Numbered from the stretch's first letter, positions 1 through 11,018 are shown. The stretch is 64,000 bases of DNA from a bacterium (GCA_013360215.1 JABWCP010000004.1:62001-126000), one strand, 5' to 3'. Numbers and translations: made by a program. Notes: generated from the letters alone by a model not told the origin.

Positions 1-125
1 TAAGCTGGTTTATTATCCGAGTTACATGTCGAAGTAAACGGGAGCACTGCAATTTTTTTATTTTGTGCTGTGAGAGTGTATGTGGATATAAAAAACACCG
101 TTACAAAAATAAACCGTTTCATTCT

Positions 126-1658
126 TTAAGATCTCCATTTACGACCGTCTTTATTCAATAACTTATCCGCCGCTTCCGGTCCCCAAGAACCCGCAGCATA
201 ATTTGGAAACTCCGCTTTATTGTTTTTCCAATGTTCTAAAACCGGCATTACGAGCCACCACGCTACCTCGACCATATCTTTACGCATAAAAAGCGTTGCG
301 TCGCCGCGCATACAGTCGAGAATCAATCTTTGATAGGCTTCGGCAATTTCCACCTGAAACGCTTCTTTATAATTAAAATGCATATCTACCGACTGGAGCT
401 GCATTTCCGGACCCGGTACTTTGGCTTCAAAACTCATCGTAATACTTTCATCCGGCTGGATTTGTATCACCAGTACATTGGGCGCCACATCATCGGCCGC
501 CGTCTGAGTAAACATCATATGCGGTGTTCGTTTAAAAAAGATCGCTATCTCCGAATCACGTCGAGGCATTCTTTTTCCAGTCCGCAAATAAAACGGTACG
601 CCCGCCCAGCGCCAATTATCCACATAAAATTTTGCTGCAACATAGGTTTCGGTATTTGATTGAGGATCCACTTTGGGCTCGGTGCGATAGCCGGGAACCG
701 GTTTGCCATTGATCTGTCCGGCTCCGTATTGCCCGCGCACAAAATAATCATTCACCTGATCAGGTTTTACGGGGCGAATGGCGCGCATGACTTTGACGCG
801 CTCGTCACGTACAGCATTAGCATCAAATGTAGTAGGTGGCTCCATCGCAACGAGCGCCATGACTTGAAGCACATGATTTTGTATCATATCTCTCAAAGCG
901 CCGGCATTGTCATAATAACCGCCCCGATCTTCGACTCCCAAAGCTTCCGCCGCTGTTATTTGTATATGGTCTATATAATTGCGATTCCACAAAGGTTCAA
1001 AAATCCCGTTCGCAAAACGAAACGCCAATACGTTTTGAACGGTCTCTTTTCCGAGGTAGTGATCTATACGATAGACCTGCCATTCTTCGAAAGCTTTAGC
1101 CACTTCCGCATTGAGTGCACGCGCCGATTCGAGATCACGGCCAAATGGTTTTTCGATAATAATGCGTCGCCAGTAATTACCTCCGCGCACCTGTGACATA
1201 TTGTGTTCAGCCAACTTCTGACATATCGTAGCAAATACCGTAGGCGGCGTCGCGAGATAATAGATACGGTTATCATTACAGGCACGCGTCGCGCAGTTGT
1301 TTTTGATCAGCGAATCCATAGTTTGATACAATGCATTCTCATCAAAACCTCCGCCGACATAAAAGGAGTTTTGAACAAATTCATTCACGATTTTCGGATA
1401 TACGGCATCGGATTTGGCAAATTCACGCAATGCAGCGCTTACCATTTCGCGATATGCTTCGCTGCTCATCTCCGGTTTGCCGCATCCTATTACTGTGAAT
1501 TTCTCAGGAAGCAAACCTTCTTTGGCACTATTAAAAAGCGCCGGTAAAATTTTACGTCGCGCCAGATCACCGGAACCGCCGAAGATAATCACCGAACATG
1601 TGCCGGCACGCGCATCGGATTTGACCTGCCGCAAAGCTTCTGTGACGTGAGCTGCCAT
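126..1658 (-). CDS. zwf: Glucose-6-phosphate 1-dehydrogenase
   Basis: GGSGDLA NADP-binding motif, EKPFG, RIDHYLGKE signature, NWRWAGVPFYLRTGKR. Confidence 0.97.
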   Translation of the reverse strand: MAAHVTEALRQVKSDARAGTCSVIIFGGSGDLARRKILPALFNSAKEGLLPEKFTVIGCGKPEMSSEAYREMVSAALREFAKSDAVYPKIVNEFVQNSFYVGGGFDENALYQTMDSLIKNNCATRACNDNRIYYLATPPTVFATICQKLAEHNMSQVRGGNYWRRIIIEKPFGRDLESARALNAEVAKAFEEWQVYRIDHYLGKETVQNVLAFRFANGIFEPLWNRNYIDHIQITAAEALGVEDRGGYYDNAGALRDMIQNHVLQVMALVAMEPPTTFDANAVRDERVKVMRAIRPVKPDQVNDYFVRGQYGAGQINGKPVPGYRTEPKVDPQSNTETYVAAKFYVDNWRWAGVPFYLRTGKRMPRRDSEIAIFFKRTPHMMFTQTAADDVAPNVLVIQIQPDESITMSFEAKVPGPEMQLQSVDMHFNYKEAFQVEIAEAYQRLILDCMRGDATLFMRKDMVEVAWWLVMPVLEHWKNNKAEFPNYAAGSWGPEAADKLLNKDGRKWRS

Positions 1659-1725
1659 GAAGAGCCTCCAGATAAAAGTTATACTGTTATTTTAAATCAA
1701 TATGATTACAAATAATCATCCGTTT

Positions 1726-2904
1726 TTAAGCACAACGGAGTGTGATCACGGTGATTTCGGGTGGAGAACCGATACGCATTGGCGGGCCCCAATAACCGGT
1801 TCCGCGATTGACATACACCCACATATTTTCATGCCGATGCAGTCCTTTCAAATACGGTTGTGCCATCGCCGCCAATAGATTACCCGGAAAAAATTGTCCG
1901 CCGTGTGTGTGTCCTGACAGCTGCAAATCAAAACCCGCTGCCGATGCTGCCGGCGCACTTTTAGGTTGATGCGCAAGCAATATTCGCGAATAATCTGATG
2001 ATGTGCCATCAATAGCTTTTACAGGATCGGATAAGTGCCCGGGAATAAAATCCGTTGCCCCATAATCCGTTATACCGGCGAGACAAATCTGCTGATTTTC
2101 GCGATGAATAAGACGGTGTTCATTGAGCAATACATCAAATCCTAATCTTTTAGCTTCATCACACCAAGCTTTTGCCCCGGAGTAATACTCATGATTACCT
2201 GTGACAAAAAAAACACCATGCGGCGCTTGAAGTTGCTTCAGTGGTTCCACTTCCTCACGAAGCCAAGCTACCGTACCGTCAACCAAATCGCCGGTGAACG
2301 CCACTAAGTCAGGTTTTTGCGCCATTACATGATCGGTAACACGCTGGACAAATTCGCGCTTAATAGTCGGTCCCACATGAAGGTCGGAAAACTGTACGAT
2401 CCGAAATCCATCGAAATTTTTAGGTAGATTTTGAAGCGGTACTTCAATCGCTTCAACTACCGGGTCATTGTGCGCCTTAAAAATACCATACCCCGCAACC
2501 GCCGTACAAAAACCGGCCACACCGAGATTTACACTTTGAATGAGAAACTGTCTTCGGGTTTCGTCTGTAACGGTTTCATTGGGTTTTGTGAACAGCCATG
2601 TAAAACCATGGTGCAACCATCCACCTACATCCCGAAGTAAAAATGCAACTAATAGGAGACTGAACAATCCAAGACTCGAATATCCGCACCACAGCAGAAC
2701 ATCCAAACTTATGCTTTCGTGCTGACGCTGCAATACCATCATAAATCCGCCAAGCGGCAAAAGACATAAAACAGCGATCACTATCCATCCGATATAGACC
2801 GGTAAACCAAAATGAGCCATAGCCGGTACGATGCGGCGACCTACATACCAATAACCTGACATAACGATGGCCGTCCACGTCAGAAAAAACCAGATAAATC
2901 GCAT
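1726..2904 (-). CDS. Membrane-anchored calcineurin-like metallophosphoesterase (YkuE-like)
   Basis: N-terminal TM helices; DLH, GDLVD, GNHE, LAHQP and SGHTHGGQ motifs. Confidence 0.9.
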   Translation of the reverse strand: MRFIWFFLTWTAIVMSGYWYVGRRIVPAMAHFGLPVYIGWIVIAVLCLLPLGGFMMVLQRQHESISLDVLLWCGYSSLGLFSLLLVAFLLRDVGGWLHHGFTWLFTKPNETVTDETRRQFLIQSVNLGVAGFCTAVAGYGIFKAHNDPVVEAIEVPLQNLPKNFDGFRIVQFSDLHVGPTIKREFVQRVTDHVMAQKPDLVAFTGDLVDGTVAWLREEVEPLKQLQAPHGVFFVTGNHEYYSGAKAWCDEAKRLGFDVLLNEHRLIHRENQQICLAGITDYGATDFIPGHLSDPVKAIDGTSSDYSRILLAHQPKSAPAASAAGFDLQLSGHTHGGQFFPGNLLAAMAQPYLKGLHRHENMWVYVNRGTGYWGPPMRIGSPPEITVITLRCA

Positions 2905-2938
2905 TAATTAGTATCCGATAATTTTGATTCTAAAAAAT

Positions 2939-2963
2939 AAGGTCGGATGGATCATCCGACCTT
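2939..2963 (-). terminator. Intrinsic terminator hairpin after the DppA-like genes
   Basis: AAGGTCGGATG-gat-CATCCGACCTT perfect inverted repeat with T-rich tracts on both strands. Confidence 0.75.
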
Positions 2964-2989
2964 TTATTACTTTCAGAAATTCTATTCGT

Positions 2990-4594
2990 TTACTGTTTGA
3001 TCCAGGTTTTTTCAAAACGACGCGTAGCACTGGCATGAAGCTCAAATCCCATGACATTGTCTCGCATAGGAACAATCGTCAACGCATGAGCGATCGTTAC
3101 CCATGGAAAATCTTTATTAAATACTTCGCATGCTTTTTTATATATATCAGCACGTGCATTGGGATCAAAAGTTTGACGACCGCGTTTTATAAGATTATGC
3201 ATTTCTTCGGATGCATAAAACGATACGTTGGTAGACGATTGTTGTTTGGTAATATCTTTATCTAAAAGTGGATAAAAGAAAAAGTGCGGATCCGGTGCAT
3301 CGCCGACCCATCCGGAAACAGACATCTCATGTTCCCCACGCCCGCGCCGACGTAAAAATTCGCCCCAGTTTGATATTTTTTCTTCTTCCGCGGTTATACC
3401 TACAGCTTTAAGATCGTTGATGATCAGTTCCGCAGCTAAAGGCGGGTTGGGCATATAATCGCGAACCAGCGGCAAACCCCATAGTTTGCATTTGAATCCG
3501 TTTGGAAAACCGGCTTCTTTGAGCAGTTGTTTGGCGCGTTCCGGATCATAAGGTGCTGCCTGTATCTGATCATTGTGACCTAAAAGAGTAGGAGGAACCG
3601 GGTTTTTGGCCTGGCTACCGAGTTGTGCAAATACTTCGCGTACAATCCGTTCTTTGTTGATCGCCAATACGATTGCCTCTCGCACTTTGGGATTATCAAA
3701 TGGCTTTTTTCTCATATTCATACCTACATAAGCCACATTCATACCGGGCTGTTTGGTTACTTTTACTCCGGGAGTTTTTTCGATATCCGCGAGATCCTTT
3801 TGAGTCGGCAAACCCATCATATTGATCACCCCCGATTTCAATGCAAGCCAACGTTCATGCGGATCAGGTACAGGTCTGAAGATCACCGTATCAAGATAGG
3901 GACGCCCGTGCCAATACCCATCAAAAGCGGCTGTACGCACTGACCCGTCCGCATCCCAGCTGACAAATTTGAAAGGACCGGCGCCGACGGGATTTTTGCT
4001 AAATTCTGCGCCGTATTTTTGTACGGCCGCAGGACTTACTATGGCTAAAAAATTGAGCGACAAGATATTGAGAAATGTTGCATCGGCTTTTTGTAAAACG
4101 ATTTTTACCGTAGAATCGTTTATGGCTTCGATGGATTGAAAAATATTGTCCATATTAAAGTTTTTCCAAAGCGCATAGCCGCTGCTGCTTTCCCCTTCGC
4201 CGCCCGATTTTTGTCGTTCAAATGTAAAAACAACAGATTGCGCGTTGAACGGCGTACCGTCATGAAAAGTCAATCCTGTTTTTAGGTTGAATGTATAAGT
4301 ACGGCCATCCAAAGAAATCTTCCATGATTTGGCAAGTCCCGGATCCAATGCAATTTTGCCGGCACGTTGAATGATCAAACCTTCAAAAAGATTTCCTACT
4401 ATAATAGAAGATTCCGTTTCCTCCACAAACGCCGGATCAAGTGTTACCGGGGGGCCGTTCTTACCATAGATCACTGTACCGCCATATTGCGGTGTGTCTC
4501 CGGTTGCATCACTTACAGCATCGTTTTTTTTACAGGCCGTTGTAAATACAAGTGCCACCGCTAAAACGATCTGAAATAAGGATCGTTGATTCAT
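2990..4594 (-). CDS. ABC transporter family-5 (DppA/OppA-like) substrate-binding lipoprotein
   Basis: Start moved to MNQRSLF; lipobox-like FTTAC; TLDPA, LFEGL, PGLAKSW, FHDGTPFNA, PVGAGPF. Confidence 0.9.
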   Translation of the reverse strand: MNQRSLFQIVLAVALVFTTACKKNDAVSDATGDTPQYGGTVIYGKNGPPVTLDPAFVEETESSIIVGNLFEGLIIQRAGKIALDPGLAKSWKISLDGRTYTFNLKTGLTFHDGTPFNAQSVVFTFERQKSGGEGESSSGYALWKNFNMDNIFQSIEAINDSTVKIVLQKADATFLNILSLNFLAIVSPAAVQKYGAEFSKNPVGAGPFKFVSWDADGSVRTAAFDGYWHGRPYLDTVIFRPVPDPHERWLALKSGVINMMGLPTQKDLADIEKTPGVKVTKQPGMNVAYVGMNMRKKPFDNPKVREAIVLAINKERIVREVFAQLGSQAKNPVPPTLLGHNDQIQAAPYDPERAKQLLKEAGFPNGFKCKLWGLPLVRDYMPNPPLAAELIINDLKAVGITAEEEKISNWGEFLRRRGRGEHEMSVSGWVGDAPDPHFFFYPLLDKDITKQQSSTNVSFYASEEMHNLIKRGRQTFDPNARADIYKKACEVFNKDFPWVTIAHALTIVPMRDNVMGFELHASATRRFEKTWIKQ

Positions 4595-4655
4595 AAATAC
4601 ATCCTTTCGGTATGAATGATGTAGTATGGAAATAATTTTTCCAATCACGCTATGG

Positions 4656-6266
4656 TTAGGATTTGACCCACACATTTTTCAGATTACGCGTATAACTTGC
4701 ATACGGGTTAAAATTCATTACTTCACGCCGACGCGGAATCACAATTTGCGTATGTGCGATGGTAAACCAAGGTACATCACGTTGGAATATTTGACACGCG
4801 TTTTTATATAGCTGATCACGCTCTTCCGTTTTTGTAGCTGCTTTAGCTTTAAGCAAAACGCGATACATTTCGTCGTTATCATAAAAAGCGCTGTTTCCGG
4901 TTCCTTTTTGACGCACGGTGGTTTTGGATAAGAGAGGATAAAAGAAATTATCGGGATCTGGAATATCGGCAATCCAACCTCCGATCAACAAATCGTAATC
5001 ACCGAGATAGGTATCCTGAATATATGTCTCCCACGGCGGAGTAACTACCTCGATCTCAATACCTACTTTTTCCAATTCACTACGAATCATTTCAACGGCT
5101 TTTTCCGGGTGCGGCATGTATTCCCTAGGCAAAGGTACATTCCACAATTTCAGTTTGAGGTTTCTTTTATATCCGGCTTCTTTCAGAAGCCTTTCTGATT
5201 CTGCCGGATTATATGGTGTTGGGCGAAGATCGTCATTATAACCGAGCATACCCGGAGGTATGGGGTTTTTTGCCGGCACACCAAAACTGCCATAAATAGC
5301 TTGAACCAGTTTTTCACGATTGATCGCATAAGCTACGGCTTTTCGCACACGAATGTCTGACATGGGCTTTTTGCTCATGTTCATTGCCAAAAAAGAGACA
5401 TTGGCGCCGGGTTGTTTAAATTGAATAATTTGCTCATTGCGTTTGACTCGAGCCAGCATGTCAAACGGCGGCGGTTCGATCAAATGAAATTCACCTTGTT
5501 CCAAACGCGCAATTCGTTTCTCCGGGTCGGGCTCACTCAAAAATCGTATGGTGTCCAAATAAGGACGCTCTCCCCAATAATTAGGATTGGCTACAAGTGA
5601 AAGATCATTCCAATCGCTGGAAACGCTCATCATGAAAGCGCCTGTACCTACGGGATGCTTTTCAAAGTCCGCACCGTATTTTTCCACAGCCGTAGGACTT
5701 ACTATAGCCAAAAACTGCATACTCAGAATTTTCAAAAAAGTAGCATCTGCACGGTGAAGTTTGAATTGTACCGTTGAATCATTGACGGCGCGGACTTCTC
5801 GAATGAGTTCATCCATATTAAAATTGATCCAGTTAGAAAACTGGTCAGCGGAGCGACGGGCACCCTTTTTTTGGCGATCCAAACTATATAAAACTGCTTT
5901 GGCATCAAACGGTGTCCCGTCGTGAAAACGTACGCCGCTTTGAAGATTAAACGTATAGCTTAATCCGTCTACGGCGATGATCCACGATTTGGCCAGCCCT
6001 GGCACAACATCCACATTACCCGGTTGGAGGCGCACTAAGGTTTCAAAAATATTATCGGTCAGAATAGAGGATTCCGTCTCCGCAACTTTGGCCGGATCTA
6101 GTGTGACCGGCGGACCATGTTTACCGTAGAGTAATGTACCTCCAAAGCGAGGTTGATTATCGGAAACAGTATTTACGTTTTCTTTTTTGGAACATCCGCT
6201 CACAAAAAAGAACATAAACGATAATATCAGTAACAAAAAACGGAAGAGGATTTTATAATTCGGCAT
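4656..6266 (-). CDS. ABC transporter family-5 (DppA/OppA-like) substrate-binding lipoprotein, paralog of the neighbour
   Basis: Lipobox-like VSGC; TLDPA, PGLAKSW, FHDGTPFDA, PVGTGAF. Confidence 0.9.
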   Translation of the reverse strand: MPNYKILFRFLLLILSFMFFFVSGCSKKENVNTVSDNQPRFGGTLLYGKHGPPVTLDPAKVAETESSILTDNIFETLVRLQPGNVDVVPGLAKSWIIAVDGLSYTFNLQSGVRFHDGTPFDAKAVLYSLDRQKKGARRSADQFSNWINFNMDELIREVRAVNDSTVQFKLHRADATFLKILSMQFLAIVSPTAVEKYGADFEKHPVGTGAFMMSVSSDWNDLSLVANPNYWGERPYLDTIRFLSEPDPEKRIARLEQGEFHLIEPPPFDMLARVKRNEQIIQFKQPGANVSFLAMNMSKKPMSDIRVRKAVAYAINREKLVQAIYGSFGVPAKNPIPPGMLGYNDDLRPTPYNPAESERLLKEAGYKRNLKLKLWNVPLPREYMPHPEKAVEMIRSELEKVGIEIEVVTPPWETYIQDTYLGDYDLLIGGWIADIPDPDNFFYPLLSKTTVRQKGTGNSAFYDNDEMYRVLLKAKAATKTEERDQLYKNACQIFQRDVPWFTIAHTQIVIPRRREVMNFNPYASYTRNLKNVWVKS

Positions 6267-6277
6267 GTTGTAAGTAA

Positions 6278-9049
6278 TTATGATATCGGTTGAAGTTGAA
6301 GTTCAAAAGGCATGAGTTGAGCTGCGCTATCCATCTTGATGCGGGCGTATTCGATGATTTCCTGATTTTCGAGCGACTGCTCTTTTAGACCGTCTGCTGC
6401 GATGACATACTTATTCGTCGCTAAAGCTTCTTTGATAAATGTCATTGAACTGAATGTTTCAGACAAAATACTGCTGAGCGTTATCAAATAAAACTGACGG
6501 TACAATTCGGATTTGCCGAGCGCTTCGATTTCATTTCGCGCACTTTTGAGGTAATCAGGAAATTTCCCGGGTTCGATCGTATACGTTTTTTCCGCTTCTT
6601 CTCCGGTTTCCGGATCGATCATCGGTTTTCCGTTTTTGTCTTTTTTGATCACCTTGACATCAATTTTTCCATACGTACCGGCAAAAGCCTTTTGTAAGAT
6701 ATCATGAAGCGGCAATGGTTCACGTTGTGCCGCTACACCGAGATCGGCACGCAGCCTTTCGACAAGCTGCCGCACACCCAACTCAACGCGCAACTCATTG
6801 GACCGCAGTTTAGTCGATGAATAACTTAATAAAGCCACGGCTTCATCGGACAGTCCGAGCGCTTTTTGATAAAACGCCGTTTCATCTTTTATGGTACGAT
6901 TGACAAAACCGAGCAACTGCTCTCGGGCGTCTACTTGTTTACGCAGGGTGGACACGTCTATGTTTTCACGCGCTTCTTTGTATTCGTATTGTTCAAGAAT
7001 ACGATTGGGGTCAATATTTTTTATACCGCGTAAAAGTTCCGTCTGTGTCATTTTGATCAGCGGACGTTTACCTTTACGGCGCAATTCGTGCACCTCCATA
7101 TCCCAACCGGACGCAACAAACTGAGCAACGAGAATACTCCGCACTTTTTCATACTTACCATAATAGCCAGCGGCAAACTTTCCTTCGCTTTCCAGTTCTC
7201 GTTTTTCCCGATCTTCTTCATTAGAAACAACGTCGAGAAACTTGTCATCAATGATCTTATAAACTTTCTGTCGCAATTCGGTACGTGCAACATCAATCTC
7301 TTCTTGCGTATGTTCTCTTTTGTAGATGTAATCAAAGAGAATCTGATCATCCAAAAGACGGAGTGCTTGGGCTAATTCGCGATTATTGAGATAGTGATAC
7401 AAAATGATCCATTGTTCTTCAAACGGACGACTTTTAAGCGGTGTTTGTTTTTCCTTTTCGGGCACAACTGCGTTTTGTTTATCAAACCCGTTATAATACA
7501 ACGTCTCACGGTCGGTGTGTGAACCGTCAAACTCATACCGAAGTTTTTTGATTTCCTGAAACAATGTCAGACGGCGCGTAAAGCTGTAGGTCAGCGAAAG
7601 ACGGCCTGCAAGTACTTTGATCAATTGATCCGAAACGATGTCGCCCAGTTCGTGCACCAAAAGTGCGGCCACATAAAACGACATGAGCGCGGAGGCGTGA
7701 CGTTTTTCAGCGGCACGCTCGATAAACATTTCGTGAATAAGAGGGAAGTCCGTCTGATCCGTAAGATACGCCCGGAAAAGATCGTGAACACGTTCAAACC
7801 CTTCCAAGGACGCCGTATTGCTCATCATACGATTAAAAACAAAACGCACTTCAAGATCAGGTACGCGCGCGCGATATTGCGCAGGAAGATTTTGCATCAC
7901 CTTGTCGCTGTTGATCGTCTCAATATCAAGCTTGATTTCCCGGCAAAACATTTCAACAACCGCTTCATCCACTTCGACGTTATTTTTGACGGCGCCAAGC
8001 AGTTTTCCGAACGCGTACATTACATAATGTTTCATTTTCGGTGAATACGAGCGCACAATGTCCAACGTTTTTTCAAAAAGCGATACCGTTTTCGTATCGG
8101 TCATTATTTTGAAAAGACGACGTTCGTCAAAATAATAGTAGATCAATCCCTCAAGCTCTTCGTACGCGGTAAGTTCACGCACAATGGCGTTTTGTGCGTT
8201 TTCGCTCAACGATTCGCCTTTTTGCTGTTGAACGATCTGCAACGTTTTTTGAATTTCCGTTTTTAAAGATTTATCGGCGTCTTGTATTTCTTTCGTCAAT
8301 TCTGCATTGGCCTGAAGCGACTTGGTAAAATCATAAAGATCGGGCAGTACGGTTTCGGATTCACCCACTTCTTTGAGACGATCATATAAGAAATCTACGA
8401 CGTAGTCTGAAAAGCCATATGTTTCAACCGCATCACGAATAATAGACTTAAAAAAAACAGGATACACATCGGTATCCAGATCTAATTTACCGCCCCATCC
8501 GTCATGCACTTTTTTATAACCGGCGAGATATATTTTATCTGCAAAATGCGCAAAGTGATGCATCAGATTAACCATCGCACCGACATCGTTCTTTTTACTG
8601 ATAAATGCGGCATAGAGCGAAATCACACGCATAAAGCGATCAACGTCGTCATCCGCATCAAGAAACGGCTGGAACACCGAAAAAATGGAACGCGCTACCT
8701 GCACTTGATCATCAATAAAGTGGGATGGAGATGCCAACTCAATTTCTTTACCGCGAAACCAAAATTCATCAACGTCGGAAACCGCGTGACCGTGCTGTAA
8801 CATGAGATCAAACACCTTCATATACAGCACGCGTTGGGTGATAAAAAGCGAAGGCAACGAATCGTACCCTTTACGGATATTCCCGCTTTCCTCAAGTGTG
8901 ATAAGGATATTCATCAACGCTTTGAAAGCCGGTTTTGCATTCGCATCGCTTATACCGATGCGTTCAGTAAGCTGCGCTATATAGTCTTCATAAATGGTTT
9001 TGACCTGATCGTCAACACCGACGGTCAGGATATGCTTAATATCTATCAT
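6278..9049 (-). CDS. Large hypothetical protein (923 aa), probably cytoplasmic and alpha-helical
   Basis: Long ORF; ATGA overlap with the stop of the upstream acyl-CoA ligase; no motif recognised. Confidence 0.85.
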   Translation of the reverse strand: MIDIKHILTVGVDDQVKTIYEDYIAQLTERIGISDANAKPAFKALMNILITLEESGNIRKGYDSLPSLFITQRVLYMKVFDLMLQHGHAVSDVDEFWFRGKEIELASPSHFIDDQVQVARSIFSVFQPFLDADDDVDRFMRVISLYAAFISKKNDVGAMVNLMHHFAHFADKIYLAGYKKVHDGWGGKLDLDTDVYPVFFKSIIRDAVETYGFSDYVVDFLYDRLKEVGESETVLPDLYDFTKSLQANAELTKEIQDADKSLKTEIQKTLQIVQQQKGESLSENAQNAIVRELTAYEELEGLIYYYFDERRLFKIMTDTKTVSLFEKTLDIVRSYSPKMKHYVMYAFGKLLGAVKNNVEVDEAVVEMFCREIKLDIETINSDKVMQNLPAQYRARVPDLEVRFVFNRMMSNTASLEGFERVHDLFRAYLTDQTDFPLIHEMFIERAAEKRHASALMSFYVAALLVHELGDIVSDQLIKVLAGRLSLTYSFTRRLTLFQEIKKLRYEFDGSHTDRETLYYNGFDKQNAVVPEKEKQTPLKSRPFEEQWIILYHYLNNRELAQALRLLDDQILFDYIYKREHTQEEIDVARTELRQKVYKIIDDKFLDVVSNEEDREKRELESEGKFAAGYYGKYEKVRSILVAQFVASGWDMEVHELRRKGKRPLIKMTQTELLRGIKNIDPNRILEQYEYKEARENIDVSTLRKQVDAREQLLGFVNRTIKDETAFYQKALGLSDEAVALLSYSSTKLRSNELRVELGVRQLVERLRADLGVAAQREPLPLHDILQKAFAGTYGKIDVKVIKKDKNGKPMIDPETGEEAEKTYTIEPGKFPDYLKSARNEIEALGKSELYRQFYLITLSSILSETFSSMTFIKEALATNKYVIAADGLKEQSLENQEIIEYARIKMDSAAQLMPFELQLQPIS

Positions 9050-10866
9050 GTCAAACTATCGCCTTCCGTCATACGTTCTGTTTCGCGGTTGTATATCGTA
9101 TCAATCATATCTTTAAAATTTTTAGTAACGACATGGCGTTTGATCGAAAGTTTGGGAGTAAGCTCACCGCTTTCTATCGAAAATGCTTTGGGTAATAATG
9201 CAAACTTCCGCACTTTTTCATATCGCGCAAATCCGGCTTTATCTTGCGCTTCTTGGATCAATTTATCTATCATGGCATATACTTCTTTGTTTTCCAGCAA
9301 TTCTTCTTCGCTGTCAAACTTGATACCGTGCTGCATCGCCCAGTCGCGGAGGCGTTCGCGTTTGGGAACGATCAACGCCGAGATAAAATTACGGCGATCG
9401 CCGATGACAAGCGCTTGCTCTACAAAAGGAATGGTGATCAACGTGTTTTCAATTGGCTGCGGTGCAATGTTTTTTCCGCCGGATGTTACGATGATGTTTT
9501 TCTTACGATCCGTTATGTGTAAATGATTATCAGAGTCAAGAAATCCGATATCGCCGGTGTGCAACCATCCATCCGAGTCTATCATTTCACGTGTGGCTTC
9601 TTCGTTCTTGTAATACCCCATCATGACGTGAGGCCCGCGTGTCAATACTTCGCCATCCTGTGCGATACGCACTTCGACACCGTCAATAGCCGGACCGACG
9701 GCTCCAAATTTTACTTTTTCAGGACGATTGACGGTGATTACCGGAGAAGTTTCGGTTAATCCGTATCCTTCGAGGATCATCACACCCATATAAGCAAAAA
9801 ACTCAGCAATCTCTTTGGCCAAAGGAGCGCCGCCCGACACAAAAAATCGTAAGCGCCCGCCGAGCCGATGATGCAGTTTTGAAAAAACAAGTTTTTCTGC
9901 GATTTTGTATTTGAATCCGCGTTCACCGGTTTCATAAGCCGATTTACCTACACCGAGTGCCCATTCAAAAATTTTACGGCGGATAGGAGGCGCCGTGGAT
10001 AGTCCCTCTTTTACGCGGTCGTACATTTTTTCGTATAGACGAGGTACGGCGGTCATTACGGTCGGATTTATTTCTCCCATGTTTTGCGGCACCTTTTCGA
10101 TGCTTTCCGCATAAGCAATGGCGCAACCGCGAATCACCGGCATAAAGTGTCCGGCCATACGTTCAAAACTGTGCGCGAGTGGTAAAAACGACAACATGGT
10201 ATCGGTTTCACCGACGGTAGCCACTTTAACAGCCGCTAAACTATTACTCAAAATATTATTGTGCGAGAGCATCACGCCTTTGGGCATACCCGTTGTACCG
10301 GATGTATAAATGATCGTTGCCAATCCTTTGGGATCTATACTGTCGATTTGTTTTTCGATATATCCGGGGTTTTCAGTGCCAAATTTTTTTCCTAACTCCT
10401 GAAGCTCTGAAAAAAACAAAACGTAGTCTTTGTGTTTATCTTCATGAGTTATAAGGACGGCGTTGTTCAACATCGGGCACTGATTTTTGCACTCGATGAT
10501 TTTTGCAAGTTGCTCCCGATCCGATGCGATGACTAAACGTGCATCCGAATTTTGCAGAATGTATTCGACCTGCGGCGTAGGAAGATTGGGGTAAATCGGA
10601 ACCGTTACGGCGCCAAGTGATAAAATCGCAAAATCGGACATAGCCCACTCTTCCTGCGTCGGGCAAAGAACAGCTACCTTATCGTCTTTCTTAATTCCCA
10701 GCGATGCCATACCCAGCGCCAGATTGCAGACGATTTCGTGCACTTGTCCATACGTCAAAGCGCGGTACTTGCCATCGCGTTTGCTCATATACAATGTTTT
10801 ATGACCAAAACGACGCGCACTCTGGTGAAATACATCCGCCAGATTTCTGGGTGACCCGTTATCCAT
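9046..10866 (-). CDS. Long-chain fatty acid--CoA ligase (AMP-binding)
   Basis: IIYTSGTTGMPKG, EGYGLTE, GWLHTGDIG, DRKKNIIVTSGGKNIAP; likely start MDNGSPR. Confidence 0.93.
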   Translation of the reverse strand: MDNGSPRNLADVFHQSARRFGHKTLYMSKRDGKYRALTYGQVHEIVCNLALGMASLGIKKDDKVAVLCPTQEEWAMSDFAILSLGAVTVPIYPNLPTPQVEYILQNSDARLVIASDREQLAKIIECKNQCPMLNNAVLITHEDKHKDYVLFFSELQELGKKFGTENPGYIEKQIDSIDPKGLATIIYTSGTTGMPKGVMLSHNNILSNSLAAVKVATVGETDTMLSFLPLAHSFERMAGHFMPVIRGCAIAYAESIEKVPQNMGEINPTVMTAVPRLYEKMYDRVKEGLSTAPPIRRKIFEWALGVGKSAYETGERGFKYKIAEKLVFSKLHHRLGGRLRFFVSGGAPLAKEIAEFFAYMGVMILEGYGLTETSPVITVNRPEKVKFGAVGPAIDGVEVRIAQDGEVLTRGPHVMMGYYKNEEATREMIDSDGWLHTGDIGFLDSDNHLHITDRKKNIIVTSGGKNIAPQPIENTLITIPFVEQALVIGDRRNFISALIVPKRERLRDWAMQHGIKFDSEEELLENKEVYAMIDKLIQEAQDKAGFARYEKVRKFALLPKAFSIESGELTPKLSIKRHVVTKNFKDMIDTIYNRETERMTEGDSLT

Positions 10867-11018
10867 GTCGGTATCTCCAAAGAAAGGTTGTGAGTATAGG
10901 CGTGAAACCGATGCGTTAGTAAAAACAACATCGGATGAAACGTCAGAATGGAACAGTGAAAAATTAGACAATGCTCATAATAAAAGCAAAGGTTTTGGAG
11001 CTCAAAGAAGGTTTGATC

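Noticed and set aside
81-89. TGTGGATAT, one mismatch from a DnaA box
   Set aside because: Single site with no cluster, trios or unwinding tract; expected by chance
7630-7665. LLVHELG in the 923-aa protein as a zincin HEXXH motif
   Set aside because: Reads HELGD; the second His is missing
8834-9526. Long plus-strand ORFs (also 660-1196, 13768-14415, 21573-22070)
   Set aside because: Antisense shadows of well-supported genes with no recognisable motifs
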